Of a stretch of 64,000 nt of DNA, positions 1-13,080 are shown piece after piece; position 1 is the first letter of the stretch; the number at the start of each line of letters is the position of its first letter. A model generated the notes under the pieces. The model was not told where the DNA came from. It saw only the letters and a program-made list of their open reading frames with translations, and did not search any database. This DNA is from Salpingoeca rosetta (lineage: Eukaryota; Protista; Choanoflagellata): assembly GCA_033442325.1 (NCBI GenBank), contig JAWQFM010000001.1, positions 2,649,238-2,713,237 of the forward strand. Direction: 5' to 3'. The translations under genes and the position numbers were made by a program.

Positions 1-779
1 GATGATGATGATGATGTGTGCAAGCCACTTGACTCTGAAGGGCTTGTTGCTTGCTTTGCTGCTTGTATGCTTTGCTGTTTGCTTTGGCTGACGTGGGAGG
101 GTGTGTTTTTGAAGTGCACAAGAATCTTCGCTCGCTTGGTCGAGGAACTTGTTGAGAAACTGTGAGCTGCACATCAAAGTCAGAACAGCAGACAACGAGA
201 ACAGTGGTAGGAAGATGACGCACTTAACGCAAGCAGATCAACACACATCTAAACACATCTAAACACACTCCGCAACACGTGAAGGATCAATTGTGCAATT
301 AGGAACACTGCTACACTTCTTCACATGAACACAAGCATGGATGACAAGCAGGGACGAGAAAAACCAAGAGCACTGCAGAGAGCGAACAAACGCTTCTCCA
401 GCCTTGGGGAACAGTTGAGAGCAGCGAAAGCTGTTCGGAAGGAATAAAACGGAAGAGAGGAGACATGTGGCATGGAGCAGGGCAGAGGCACAAACAGAGG
501 AGCAACAGAAAAATGCTCGCCAGGTGCCTCAAAAAAAGATGTACAATTCAACAAAGGCAGCGCAAGGGCAAAAAAAATGCAGTGCGATGCAGCAGAGCAC
601 AGCACTTGGCTGGTTCAAAGGGGTGTGGTGTTGTTGAGGTTGAGGTGAAAGAGATGTGGTCGCTGAACTAACCAGGAGAGAAAAGGAAAGAAGGGAAGAA
701 AGGTGAAAGAAAAGTGAATGGGTTATGAAGTGGTGGTTGGTTGAAAGGGAAAAGACTCACTGACCCTGAGGAAGGTTGA

Positions 780-804
780 TCAGTCTGAGTCGTCGTCGTC
801 ATCG

Positions 805-852
<48 letters not shown>

Positions 853-1670
853 TCGTCGTTGCCGTCGTCGTCGTCGCTGTTGTTGTCAGGAGCGTCTGCG
901 CTTGGGACGCGAAACGTGGACGAGAACGCTGGAGTGGTTGGAGTGAGCGGGGTGGAGCGGGACGCCGAGGATGTTGAGGCCAATGGTGTCGTGATGGGCG
1001 TTCCTTCTTGGTGAGGGTGTTCGTTGTGTGTCGTAGAGAGCAGCGGAGACGAGCCATCATCCACAGACAGCTCGTCATCTGGGTCATATCGGCCAAGAGG
1101 GGCCTGCTGCTGGTCTGGGTCGATGGTGCGAGATGATGCCAGGTTGGCCAGTAGCGTGTGCATGTCGAGCATGACATCCCCGCTCAACACGCTGTGGGTG
1201 TTGCGAGTGGCGCTCTCGTCGTCATTGCCTGAGCCATGGCTGTTCGCGAGGTCGTCACCCCGTTGACCAAGGAGGTTTGCGGGGACGAAGGGTCTTGCTG
1301 GTGTGGTGTCTGAGTGCTGTGATTCTTGCTCTTGTAGCGGGCCGAGAAACGGGATGGCTGATGGCAAGGTGGCCGCACGAAACCCTTGACGGGCAAGATG
1401 TGGTCGAGGCCGCTTGCGCCGCTTTCGCTTGCGCCGGTGTCGCTGGCGCCGGTGTCGCTGGCGCAGCTTCTTCGGCGAATCTTGCTTTTGCTGCTGGTTG
1501 CTGGAGCGTGGGGAAGAGCCACTGCGATCAGAGTGGAGTGCTAGCGACGCCTGCCGTTGCTGGTCTGACAGCGGTCGCGGTAGTGGCGGCGGTTGTGACG
1601 GTTGCTGTCCTTCTGCACGGCAGTCGCAATCCCGCTCATCACTATCCTTCTTGGTTTTGCTTCGGCGCAT
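780..1670 (-). CDS. Hypothetical low-complexity protein with a basic NLS-like stretch and a poly-Asp C-terminus (may have upstream exons)
   Basis: Open frame from ATG 1670 (MRRSKTKKD...) containing RQRHRRQRHRRKRKRRKRPR and ending in a (GAC/GAT)n-encoded Asp tract. A polypyrimidine tract plus AG near 1697 suggests an upstream intron. Confidence 0.5.
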
Positions 1671-2698
1671 TCTGCAACTCTTGAACTCTTGGTGGCTTGG
1701 GAGAGGCGGGGGGGAGTGGGATGAGGAGGTGGGGGGAGGAGAGGAAGAGAGAGAGAGATGATGGATGGAGGGCAGGCAGGTAACAAAAGAAGAAGGGTGG
1801 GAGGAGAAGGAAGGGAGAATAGGGTGTGTGTGTGTGTTTGTTTGTATTCGAACCAAATGCGTGTTTGGTTTCAAACAAACGTTTCTTTGAGAACGCGACG
1901 CTTGTCAAACAAAGTACAAAAGTTAAGCAAGAGAGAAGGAGAGAAACGGGAGTACGGGAGTAGAAGAAATCCGAGGGTTCGTCGCCACAAGGGGCAAGCA
2001 AGGGCAAGCCTTCAGGGCAAGGATGGGATAGGGATTGGGAGGATATGTGGACCAAAAGCGGTTGTCTTTTGTCTTTTGTCTTTTCAACCTCGATCTTGCC
2101 TTTGGGGAATGTGATATCTCCTCCACACCAACCCCACAAAAAAACAAAAGCTGGGTTGCTTTGAGTTTTTTTCTCTGCTCTTGTGTGTGTGGCTGTTTTG
2201 TTTTTGGTTGGCTGCTGAGGCAAGAAGCAAAGCAAGACAGACAGCAAGAAGCAAGCAATAACTGCCACCGACACCACTATCTCGATCTGCTGCTTGCCTG
2301 TTGGAGAGGCGGTAGCTTGCTTGCTTGCCTGCAGGCACGTTGATAGGCAGCCAACTAGCCAGATAGCCAGGCCAACAAGGCATAACCACAATAAGAACAG
2401 GCCCCGCAGCACAAGGAGGTGTGTGTGAGGACTGCGTGGGTTAATTTGCTTGCCCGAGACATTGATGACTGTGGGTTCTACCAACACATATCGCTTTGAA
2501 CAAGCACACCCCTAAAACGGCAATGCTGACCCTTGTACGCCTGGTTTGTGCTGGGCACTGTTGCACCCTTTTGCCTGGTATGGAATACTCACCTGCAGTT
2601 GCTTGGTTGTTGACTGTCTCGTCTCCTGGCCCCGTGACCACTCGTCGTGCCCCCAAACAAACACAGACAACCAACCACACACGTTTGCTCGCTGAGCG

Positions 2699-4942
2699 AT
2701 GGATACAAGCCTTGACGAAGACGCGAGCGGCGACCCGGGCGCCAGCTGGCAAGGTCGCGATGTAGACAACAACACCGGGCCGCCGAAAGCGCACGCCAAC
2801 GAGAAGGATTGGCTGCACTTTTCCGCACCAACCGACACCACACCTCAACTCGTCAACCCGGCGACGGTCCGCGTCGGATACACGCCAGCGCTCGCTCAAC
2901 TATGTGAAGTTGCGGGCCAGCAAGCCGCCCCACAGAGCTCCAGCGCCATGCAGCACCAACACAACAACACCGGGCCGCCGAAAGCGCACGCCAACGAGAA
3001 GGATTGGCTGCACTTTTCCGCACCAACCGACACCACACCTCAACTCGTCAACCCGGCGACGGTCCGCGTCGGATACACGCCAGCGCTCGCTCAACTATGT
3101 GAAGTTGCGGGCCAGCAAGCCGCCCCACAGAGCTCCAGCGCCATGCAGCACCAACACAACAACACCGGGCCGCCGAAAGCGCACGCCAACGAGAAGGATT
3201 GGCTGCACTTTTCCGCACCAACCGACACCACACCTCAACTCGTCAACCCGGCGACGGTCCGCGTCGGATACACGCCAGCGCTCGCTCAACTATGTGAAGT
3301 TGCGGGCCAGCAAGCCGCCCCACAGAGCTCCAGCGCCATGCAGCACCAACACAACAACACCGGGCCGCCGAAAGCGCACGCCAACGAGAAGGAGTGGCGA
3401 CTCTTTGGCACACCAACCGACACCACACCTCAACTAGTCAACCCGGCGACGGTCCGCGTCGGATACACGCCAACGCACGCTGAGCCATTTGTGGTTGCGG
3501 GCCAGCAAGCCGCCCCACAGAGCTCCAGCGCCATGCAGCACCAACACAACAACACTGGGCCGCCGAAAGCGCACGCCAACGAGAAGGAGTGGCGACTCTT
3601 TGGCACACCAACCGACACCACACCTCAACTACTCAACCCGGCGACGGTCGGTGGCGGATACACGCCAGCGCACGCTCAACCATTTGTAGTTGCGGGCCAG
3701 CAAGCCGCCCCACAGAGCTCCAGCGCCATGCAGCACCAACACCACAACACCGGGCCGCCGAAAGCGCACGCCAACGAGAAGGATTGGCTGCACTTTTCCG
3801 CACCAACCGACACCACACCTCAACTACTCAACCCGGCGACGGTCGGTGGCGGGCACACGCCAATGCGCGCTGAGCCATTCGCTCGGGCCTCCGCCACAAC
3901 AGCCGCACCTCAAGCAGCAGTTTTTTCTCCCAACAACACTGAGCACACGCCGGACCGGCCGCATCCTTACGACTTCCGGCTGCAGCAACAGCTACGTTCG
4001 CGCGCGCAGCCACCGCCCTCGCCACCACTCCCAACGCAAACGCAAACGCAGGCGCGCACGCGCACACAAACACAAACGCAATCGCATGCACTAACACAAC
4101 TGCAGCAGGATGGGATGGGCCAGCTGGGGACGGTGCGTCGCACGCTGCCACGTGCACAGCTGTTGTCTGGAGAACCCGCGACGTACCCGCTCTTGAGGGA
4201 CGCACACCCTGTGGCGCGCCAGTTGCTCCGCCGCTCGCCCCCACAGCGCCCGCCGCCAGTGCTGCTGACGCACGGCCAAGCCCGCCATTCCATGGCCATC
4301 ACGGCGCCGCGTGACTACCAGCAGCAACAAGCACAGCAGCAGCAAGCACCCGCCTCACAGCACTTGCAGCAGCCGCCTCCAGTCGGCAGCAGTGCCCACA
4401 CACCAGAGCTCGTGCACCGGGATCACTTTCCACAAAGCCAGCAGCACGACGGCTTTGATGAAGCCATCTTAGCTGGCGTGCATGTGCTCTCGACCGCCAA
4501 CAAGGCGCAGGTTCTCGCGAGCGTGGTGCAGCTTATGGAGCGGCGATACCTCCCCATTGCTGCAGGCATCCTGGGGCCTCTCTTCCCCATCGAGGACTAC
4601 CTGCCGCAAGCCGACGCCGAGGAATGGTGCCGTTGCCGCGACGATGCAGCAGAGCGCGAGCGGCAGGCACAAACCAGAAACGCGCTGTTTGAGGCGGCAC
4701 GCGACCGGGGCAACCGCAGGGACCACGTCACGGAGGAGCAGCTCCTCGTCCTTGCTGACGTCATTCTGGAGCTCGCCTTGCCCGACATGAAGGAGATGAT
4801 GTTCATGCTGCCAAACGCCCACTTTGCGGCGCTCAACGACAGCATCAACGCCTCCCGCCTCTTCGGTGACCTCAAGCACGAGCGTCACCTGAAGAAGAAG
4901 CGGGAAGGTCGGCGGCGCAGGAGCCACCGCAACCGGGACTGA
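2699..4942 (+). CDS. Intronless 747-aa orphan protein: about 5.7 x 65-aa repeats, a Q/P-rich linker, a helical C-terminal region and a basic tail
   Basis: Uninterrupted ATG-TGA frame. The 195-nt repeat unit is a multiple of 3, and the C-terminal part has GC-rich coding-like codons. No family recognised. Confidence 0.7.
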   Translation: MDTSLDEDASGDPGASWQGRDVDNNTGPPKAHANEKDWLHFSAPTDTTPQLVNPATVRVGYTPALAQLCEVAGQQAAPQSSSAMQHQHNNTGPPKAHANEKDWLHFSAPTDTTPQLVNPATVRVGYTPALAQLCEVAGQQAAPQSSSAMQHQHNNTGPPKAHANEKDWLHFSAPTDTTPQLVNPATVRVGYTPALAQLCEVAGQQAAPQSSSAMQHQHNNTGPPKAHANEKEWRLFGTPTDTTPQLVNPATVRVGYTPTHAEPFVVAGQQAAPQSSSAMQHQHNNTGPPKAHANEKEWRLFGTPTDTTPQLLNPATVGGGYTPAHAQPFVVAGQQAAPQSSSAMQHQHHNTGPPKAHANEKDWLHFSAPTDTTPQLLNPATVGGGHTPMRAEPFARASATTAAPQAAVFSPNNTEHTPDRPHPYDFRLQQQLRSRAQPPPSPPLPTQTQTQARTRTQTQTQSHALTQLQQDGMGQLGTVRRTLPRAQLLSGEPATYPLLRDAHPVARQLLRRSPPQRPPPVLLTHGQARHSMAITAPRDYQQQQAQQQQAPASQHLQQPPPVGSSAHTPELVHRDHFPQSQQHDGFDEAILAGVHVLSTANKAQVLASVVQLMERRYLPIAAGILGPLFPIEDYLPQADAEEWCRCRDDAAERERQAQTRNALFEAARDRGNRRDHVTEEQLLVLADVILELALPDMKEMMFMLPNAHFAALNDSINASRLFGDLKHERHLKKKREGRRRRSHRNRD
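2768..3880 (+). repeat. Coding tandem repeat, 195-bp unit, about 5.7 copies
   Basis: Units start at 2768, 2963, 3158, 3353, 3548 and 3743 (aacaacaccgggccgccgaaagcg..., with minor variants). Confidence 0.95.
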
Positions 4943-5281
4943 AGCGAATGCTGTCAGTCACAAAGGGGCAATTTCCCCCTCGATCTTTTTAAGATCGAAC
5001 TCCTTGTGAGTTCTATCCAACCTTTCTCTTTTTCCTAATTGATCAACAGTATTGTTGTGTGTGTGTGTGTATGCGTGTTTGTAGATGCGTGCATGTTTCC
5101 TGTAGATGCTTGATGATGGTGTGATGAACGAACATGTTGTTTCGTTCGTCTCTCTTGGGTGGAAGAGCGCTTGCCCTCCGCCTCTATCGTTCCTTCTGGA
5201 GCGGAGTGCAAGTGCTCCCCGCCCACTTTCTCCCCTAGCTAACCAGTAGAGTACCTTTGAGATGGTTTCTCTTATGTTTTG

Positions 5282-5337
<56 letters not shown>

Positions 5338-5660
5338 TTCTTCTTGCATGACCCTGTTTGTTTGTCTTTCATGAGGTTCGACCGTTTGTGAACCGACCTC
5401 ACTTGCCCTGCTTGTTCTTACACCTGGCTTTCCTACGGCCTCTGTTGCACACTTGCTTGCGTCAACTGCCCGCTGCCCACGCACGTTGCCCTTCTTGTTC
5501 ACAACCTAAAACGCCCAAATTGTTTCTTTCTTTCATTGATGGGACAAAACACGCGGCTTGTTTGCCCTCGCGCCAAACACCGACTACCAAACATTCAGAC
5601 AAAACCAGACACGTATACGTGCATGTGAAAGTGCGCGCGCGTGTGTGCATGTGTGTGCAG

Positions 5661-5767
5661 TTACAGCAAGCCTTGCTTGAGGAGATCGTTGTACGTCTTC
5701 TTGTTGACCACGTTGCCCATCGAGTCCTCGTACTCTTCCTCCTGATCCGGCTCAAACCGCTCCTGCG

Positions 5768-5861
<94 letters not shown>

Positions 5862-6155
5862 TGAATGTGAATGCGTGAATGTGTGTGTGTGTGTGTGCGT
5901 GTCCCCTTTCGTCATCACCATCCTGCAAGTCCATTCCACCTGCAACCCCCCCCCCCTCCCCGACACACCAAAAACATGTGTTTTGCGCAGGTTGCAGCAC
6001 CTTCTGGTCCTGAAGACGGGCCCACAATGCCTTTGCGTCGTTGATGTTGGTGACGTTGGCAAAGTGCTTCGTGTTTGGGATGCCGAGGGCGCGCATGCCC
6101 TGCGCGTGCCGCCACTCCGTAAAGTGCTGCTGAAAGTTCTGTGTGTGTGTGTGCG

Positions 6156-6238
<83 letters not shown>

Positions 6239-7621
6239 CATTGCGTGCGCGCATTTATGTGTGTGTGTGTGTTTGCGTGTGAGGCATTGCATGCGCATAT
6301 TTATGCGTGTGTGTGTGCTTGTTTGAACAGCAATGATCGCCATCATCCTTCGATGTTACACCTCCTCCCTCCCCCCTCCCAACACACACACAAGTACATA
6401 ATAAAAGTTCGCTCACCTTTGGGCCGCGGTACGGGTAGTTGCCGCAGATCTCGCAGGTGTAGATGATGTTGAGACCGTGCAGGCGATACAGCCAGTAGGG
6501 GATGGGCTGAGAACACACGAGGCGCCGTGCAACGAGCGTTGTGGCGTGAAAGAAGTGAGGCACAACCAACGGTCAAGCAAATCTGGAAATGTATCACGCA
6601 CTTGCGCACACGTACGCTTAAACTCACACAAACATACACTCACTCACATGTACAAACGCTCACACACTCACATGTACACACGCTCACACACTCACATGTA
6701 CACACACACACACTCGGACACACGCACACACACGCTCACTCACACACACACGCACACACGCCTAAACACACCTTTCCGTCTGGGCCGAGCACAAGGGCGT
6801 TGCGCTTCCCAACCTTCATGTCCTCGTCCTCTTCCTCGTCAGACTCAAACTCATCGTCAATCTCCGGCAGATCCTCCTCGTCGCCAACCTCGCCCGCACT
6901 CCGCGCCTGGCAAATGCAGGTTATACATGTTGGTTGGGGGGGGTGTTACGGCACATGCACATACATGCGTGAGCTTGCGTGCTCGTGCGTACGGACGCAG
7001 GTAGGCAGGCATGCTGCAGAGCTTCCTCGAAAAACAGTCCACAATCTCACACCCAACACACTAACACACACACACACACATGCACAGCACACAACTGTGT
7101 ACACAACAACACGACACGACAATGTGCGCCGCACCATTTTGCGCTCGACATTCTCCTTGGTCGCCCGGCGGACTTGCGACAGCAGCTTGGCCATGACCAG
7201 GATGCGCGCCTCAACCGAAGCAACCTCCTTCTTCTCGTCAACAACCGACACGACACCGCCCGCGTTGTTGCCTGTGCTGCCGTTTGCATTGGCGCTGGCG
7301 CCGTTTGCGTTGCGTTTGGCACCCTTGGCGAGGATGGCCTTGCTCCACTTCTCCCTCGGCACGCCCTTGGTGGAGAACAGCCGTTGTGCTCGCTGCTGCA
7401 GCGTCCCGCCGCACTTGAGCCCCTCCGCCATCAGCGCACTCTTCAGCCTGTCCATGCCAAGCGCCTCGAGCTCGCTGGCGGACGAAAACGCCGACAGGTC
7501 CAGCCGCTCCACGTTGGTGATGGGCTTCACGTCCTGCCACCCGCGGAACTTGCCGCTCGCCCACAGCGCCTCAAAGTCCTTTTGCGCTTGCGCCAGCTCC
7601 TGCATGAGGTGTGTGTGTGTG

Positions 7622-7657
<36 letters not shown>

Positions 7658-8450
7658 NNNNNNNNNNNNNNNNNNNNNNNNNNNNNNNNNNNNNNNNNNN
7701 NNNNNNNNNNNNNNNNNNNNNNNNNNNNNNNNNNNNNNNNNNNNNNNNNNNNNNNNNTGTGTGTGTGTCTGTGTGTGTGTGTGTGTGTGAGTGTGTGTGT
7801 GTGTGGTGGTGGTAAGTTAGACAGCAAGAGAAAAAGTTATAGTACTCACACACATACACATAAACACACACACACACACACACACACACCGCGTCGATGT
7901 CTGCGAGTGGGTTGGTGCGGCGGTAAAACTCCACGAGGTACGCGGCAAGGTTGTTGATGTACCTGCAGCACAGACACAAGAAGAAGGAAAAAAAAGGAGA
8001 TGATGAGAAAGGCTGCTTAGATCCTCAACCCCACGCAGTCGCACACATTCGCACACATTCACACGGATTCGCACGCATTCGCACACATTCACAATCCGGC
8101 TTCGTCGACGCACGCACGATTTGTAAGCGGCGGTCTTCTTGATTTGGCGCGGAAGCTCAGAGAGGAGATCAAAGGTCTGCACGTATTCGAGGTACTCCAT
8201 ATGGGGCACGCCCTTGAGGTTGTTGTACGCCACGAAATGCTCGTGCAAGTCCAGAAACCGTCCGTGGCTCTCCTCGCCGCTAAACTCAACAAATCCTACG
8301 CATGGTATTGCAAGTGGAACGCTCTGATGAGACACACATGCACAGCCCACGCATATGTACACACGCAACACACACACACACTCTCTCTCTCTCTGTCTTA
8401 CACAGACACAAACCCACACCCACACCCACACACTCACTCACACACCCACC

Positions 8451-8508
<58 letters not shown>

Positions 8509-9583
8509 TGCACACATGCACTCACCAGCGAGGCCCGGAGTCTTGGTCTCTGCTGGCTTGTCGTTGCCGGTTTTGCGTTTCCTGCTCGCATTCTTCTGCT
8601 GCTGTGCCTCCAACAGCGCTTCTGGCTGAAGAAAGTCTGGCAAGATGTCCGTGCGCACTGGCCGGGCAATCTATCCCATCGGCGCAAGAGAAGTAACAAG
8701 AAAGCAGAGCACGCACGCATGTGTGTGTGTGAGGATCAGGGTGAGGCGACCATGTTCGTGTCGGCCTCCCTCCACTGTGCTTGCTCTGTTTTGCAGTGTG
8801 CAGAATGCAGGGCACTGATAACGGACCGCGTTTGGCGCTTCTTTGTGATACTCCTTGATCTCCCCGAGCTTCTCGTAGAACGACTCAAAGGGGTTGACGC
8901 TCAGTGCATCAATCTCCTTCTTCCGCTCCCTGCTCGACAAGCAAACATCCCCACGACCACGCGTGAGGCACAACGAATGACCATGGGTCCAGATTGCTGC
9001 GCACATCAAACTGCAAATGAAAGCACACATACGCTTATCCACCTCCACACACGCACACACCACACACACGCACCACACACACACACACACACACACAACA
9101 GCCAACGTACCCGTCAGCATCGTTGTACAGCTCCACAAGCTCGCGTGCGTTGTTGGACATGCGCTATGAGAGAAAACCATGTGCACACACGTGAGAACGA
9201 AGCAACGCACACCAAAACTGCGCTGCACACATGGACAGCATTATCACACGCACTCACAATCACCACACACACCACACACCACACACACCACACACAAAAA
9301 CACACACAACACCACACATACCAAACACACCACACACCACACAACACACAAAACCACACACACAACAATGCACACACACACACAACAACGCACACAACAA
9401 TGCACACACACACACACACACCACACAACCACAACTCACGTCAACCAGGAGACGCTGCAAGTGAAGGGCGTTCACTTTTGACTTTTGCGTGTCAAACTTG
9501 TGCTGCATGACCGTGGCCCCATCCTTGACCAGCCGATCCACTTCCTCATGCAGCTGGCGCTGCTTCTCCACCAAGAAGTCCAT
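5661..9583 (-). CDS. SF3A3: Splicing factor 3A subunit 3 (SF3a60/Prp9), multi-exon
   Basis: Exons encode [103 protein letters not shown] and the C-terminus [26 protein letters not shown]. Confidence 0.96.
7658..7757. other. Assembly gap (100 N) inside a TG-repeat intron of SF3A3
   Basis: Run of N flanked by (TG)n. Confidence 0.99.
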
Positions 9584-9925
9584 CCTCGCTCGCTCGTTGT
9601 CGTGTGGTCTCGCAGTCACAGCCAGTGCGTGGTGGTGTGCGTGCGCTCGCCTCGCCTTTTGTCGCTCCCCGTCGCTCGCAACTGCCCACGACACCACAAA
9701 ATGGCACACCGCATTGCTTTGTCGAATGTTTGTGTACATCTTTCACAAAACCCAAAACACGCCAAATTTCAAAGCAAAAACGCTCTGCAGCCAACTTTGA
9801 ATTGGCGAAAAAACGGCCAACCCAGCCAGCCACAACCCCGCCACAACACCCACGGCAGCAACCACAACCCAGCAACCACACGTTGTCTACATCGACCACA
9901 GCCGACAAGGGCCAGCAGGCAAGAG

Positions 9926-12808
9926 ATGAGCAGGTCCAGCAAGATCCAGGTGGTGTGCCGCCTGGACACGCTGGAAGACAGCGATGATCAGGTTGCAGCT
10001 GTTCCAGTGGAAGATGACACCTTGCGCATCAACGACGACTCTTACCAACGTCAGTTGCCAGAACATGCATGCATTGTGTGCACTCTGTCCAGCTGCTGTT
10101 GCACGGATGGCGTCATGCTGATGACGGTCCTTTCTCAAACATCCAACACGGTACTCACAACACACAACACAACGCACACGCAACACAACGCACACACACA
10201 CACATACAAACCACATACTCACAACGCACACAAAACCAACGCACACACGCAGTGACACGAGTGTTTGGTGGAGAGGCGTCAAACAGGATTGTGGCAAACT
10301 ACGTCAACAAGAAACCCATTGAGTGCTTCATGGACGGCTTCAACGCAAGCACCATTGCTTTTGGCGCATCTGCGAACGACACCATCTTCGGCTCGTCCAC
10401 AAGCCCAGGCTGCGTCTACTACGCCATCGAGCAAATTCACACGCGCATGCGCGCAGCAGGGGGCGCAGACATGTGGCAGGTGAGAAAACAGCACACACAC
10501 ACACACACACGCACACACACAAGCAAACACACACATACACACACACACACAAGCACACGCACAGACACACGCGCGCAGGCAATGACCCGCGCACGGATGC
10601 ACAGCCTGTTTCACACGCACACATCATCTCTCACGCATACACAGCCTCATTCACAAATCTACACTCTCACCACTCACACCGTCACTTGGACACACTGTCT
10701 CACTCACATGCCGCAACGCATGATTCTGCTCTGCTCCACCCAACACGACGATTACAGCTCGCCATTGGCTGCTTCTGCATTGTTCAAGGCCGTGTTGTGG
10801 ACATGCTGAGCCCGGAGTACAGCCGAGGCGCGCACCGCACCACGTGTGGATCCCCAGACCAAACAACGCTCGTCATGCCCACGGAGGAGGTGGAGGCAGC
10901 CGATATCGTCAACACTGCGCTCGACCGCCACCAAGACCTCGCCGCTATGTACGGCGACGACACCTGCCACCTCGTCCTGCGGTTCGCGCTCTACGACACC
11001 ACCCTCAAGCGCGGTGCATACCTGACGTTTGTGCACGCTGCCGGCCTCGCCACCTTCCTGCGTGACGGCCGCTGCTCCGACGCACATGCGTCCAGCGATG
11101 CGCGCACGATTGTGTCGTTGCTGGAGCAAGTTGGCCAGGCCAAGCATGCCGGCGCTGCCTCCACCACCAGCAGTGATGTCGCGTCCAGCCCCGCAGCCAA
11201 GTTTGTGGCCACCCTCCTCAACACATCCTTCATCGGCCTTGTTGCCTGTGTTGGCGCCCGGGAGTCGCAGGCCACTGCCACCACCAGCGCCGTTTCTCTT
11301 GTTGCGCCGCTCGCCGTTGCCAAGTGCACGTGCACACGCGTCCCCTCGGCGGACTTTGAGGAGTTTGCTGGCACCGAACGCGTCTTGCCAACCTTTGCGC
11401 GGTCACCGCGCCAGCAGCAGCAGCAGCAGCAACACGAGTATCGCAGCCACCATGCGCGACAGGCTGGGCGCGGCCGCCACTCGCCATCGTATGTACCCCA
11501 CAGCTCGGCACTACACGGCACAGACACGGCCCCGGGGTTCACTGGCCGCCGCCCTGGTGGAGATGCGCTGCCATCACGCATTGACGCGCCCTCAGACGAC
11601 TCACCATCGTCCGACTCTGCATCGCCTTCGCCCCCGCCCAAGGGCTCCTCACACCACCACCACCATCACCACCGCCACCGCCACCGCCACCATCGTCACG
11701 GCTACGAGGATGAGCATGAGGATGAGTACGAAGACTCGCCACAGCAACAGCAGCAACAGCAACAGCAGCATGAGGGGTATCGCCGGTATCCAGACCCGAG
11801 GCCGTACGAGACCCCGCCTGCTGCCCGCGTGCCTGCAAGCAGGACTAGTGGCAGCACTGGTGATCATGGCGCAAGACGAGACCCGCACGATGCAGATCTC
11901 TCGCGGCTGTTTGACCTCACGGAGGATGAGCAGGTGGCGGCACCCGACGCTGGGCACAAGCGGAGCGTGCGGTTCAAGGAGGAGGGCGCGGCAGAGACAA
12001 CCAAGGGAGAGATGCACACGCCACCAAGAACAACAACAGCAGCTGGAGGGGGAGGGAAGACGGAGCGTGGCCGTGATGCTCGCGATGGCGCCGGCTGGCG
12101 ATCGACACCCTGGGAGACGCCAGAAACACGTGATGTGCACCGGGCAACACAAGAGCTGCTGGCACAGGAACACCGCCACCTCCCCTCCCGCGCGTCCAAG
12201 ACAACAGCAGCAACGAAGAGCGCCGCAGCCGCTGGTGGTGCGCGCGGCGGCAACGCGCGTTACGCCACGCGGGCTCGTGCACACGATGAGGAAAGTGTCC
12301 ACCCGCAAACGCTTCGCGCTCCACCCGCGCCTGCAGCAGCAACAGCTGGCACCACCACGTACTACTCGCGGACGCACGTGCAGCCCAGTGGTGCAACCAC
12401 CACCACAACGTCAGCAGCGGCGCCAGCCACGACATCTGTCACAACCACGAGCATTGGCGCGCAGCGTCCCATGCTCTCGGCGGTGCATCAAGCGGAGGCA
12501 GCGAGGAAGAGGGCAGCAGAACTGCTTCGCCGCTACTCGCGCTCCCCTCCCTCTACCACCGTGACCACGACCACCACTGCTGCTGCCCCTGTTGCTGACG
12601 GTGAGCATCAAACGATGTGTGTGGGTTTGGGTGAGTGCGTGCTTGTATTTGTGTTTGTGTGCGTGAGTGCATGAATGTGTGTTTGCGTTTGCGTGTGCGC
12701 GCGCGAGTGAATGTGCCTGTTTGTGCCCGTATCTGCAGTTGTCTGTGTTGCTTGTGTTTGTCCATCTGTCTTTCTTTCTTTCGTTCCGTGTCTCTGTTGC
12801 CTGTGTGG

Positions 12809-12843
<35 letters not shown>

Positions 12844-12999
12844 TGGGTGTGGGTGTGGGTGTGGGTGTGGGTGTGGGTGTGGGTGTGGGTGTGGGTGTGG
12901 GTGGGTGTGGGTGTGGGTGGGTGTGCCGCAGGTGTTGTGCGTGTTGTGATCTTGCTTTCTTGTTCTCGTGGCTCATGCGCCCTAACCCCCCCCCCCTAT

Positions 13000-13080
<81 letters not shown>

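Noticed and set aside
2768-3880. 195-bp repeats as a CRISPR array
   Set aside because: There are no unique spacers, the repeat is in-frame coding, no cas genes are present, and the DNA is eukaryotic.
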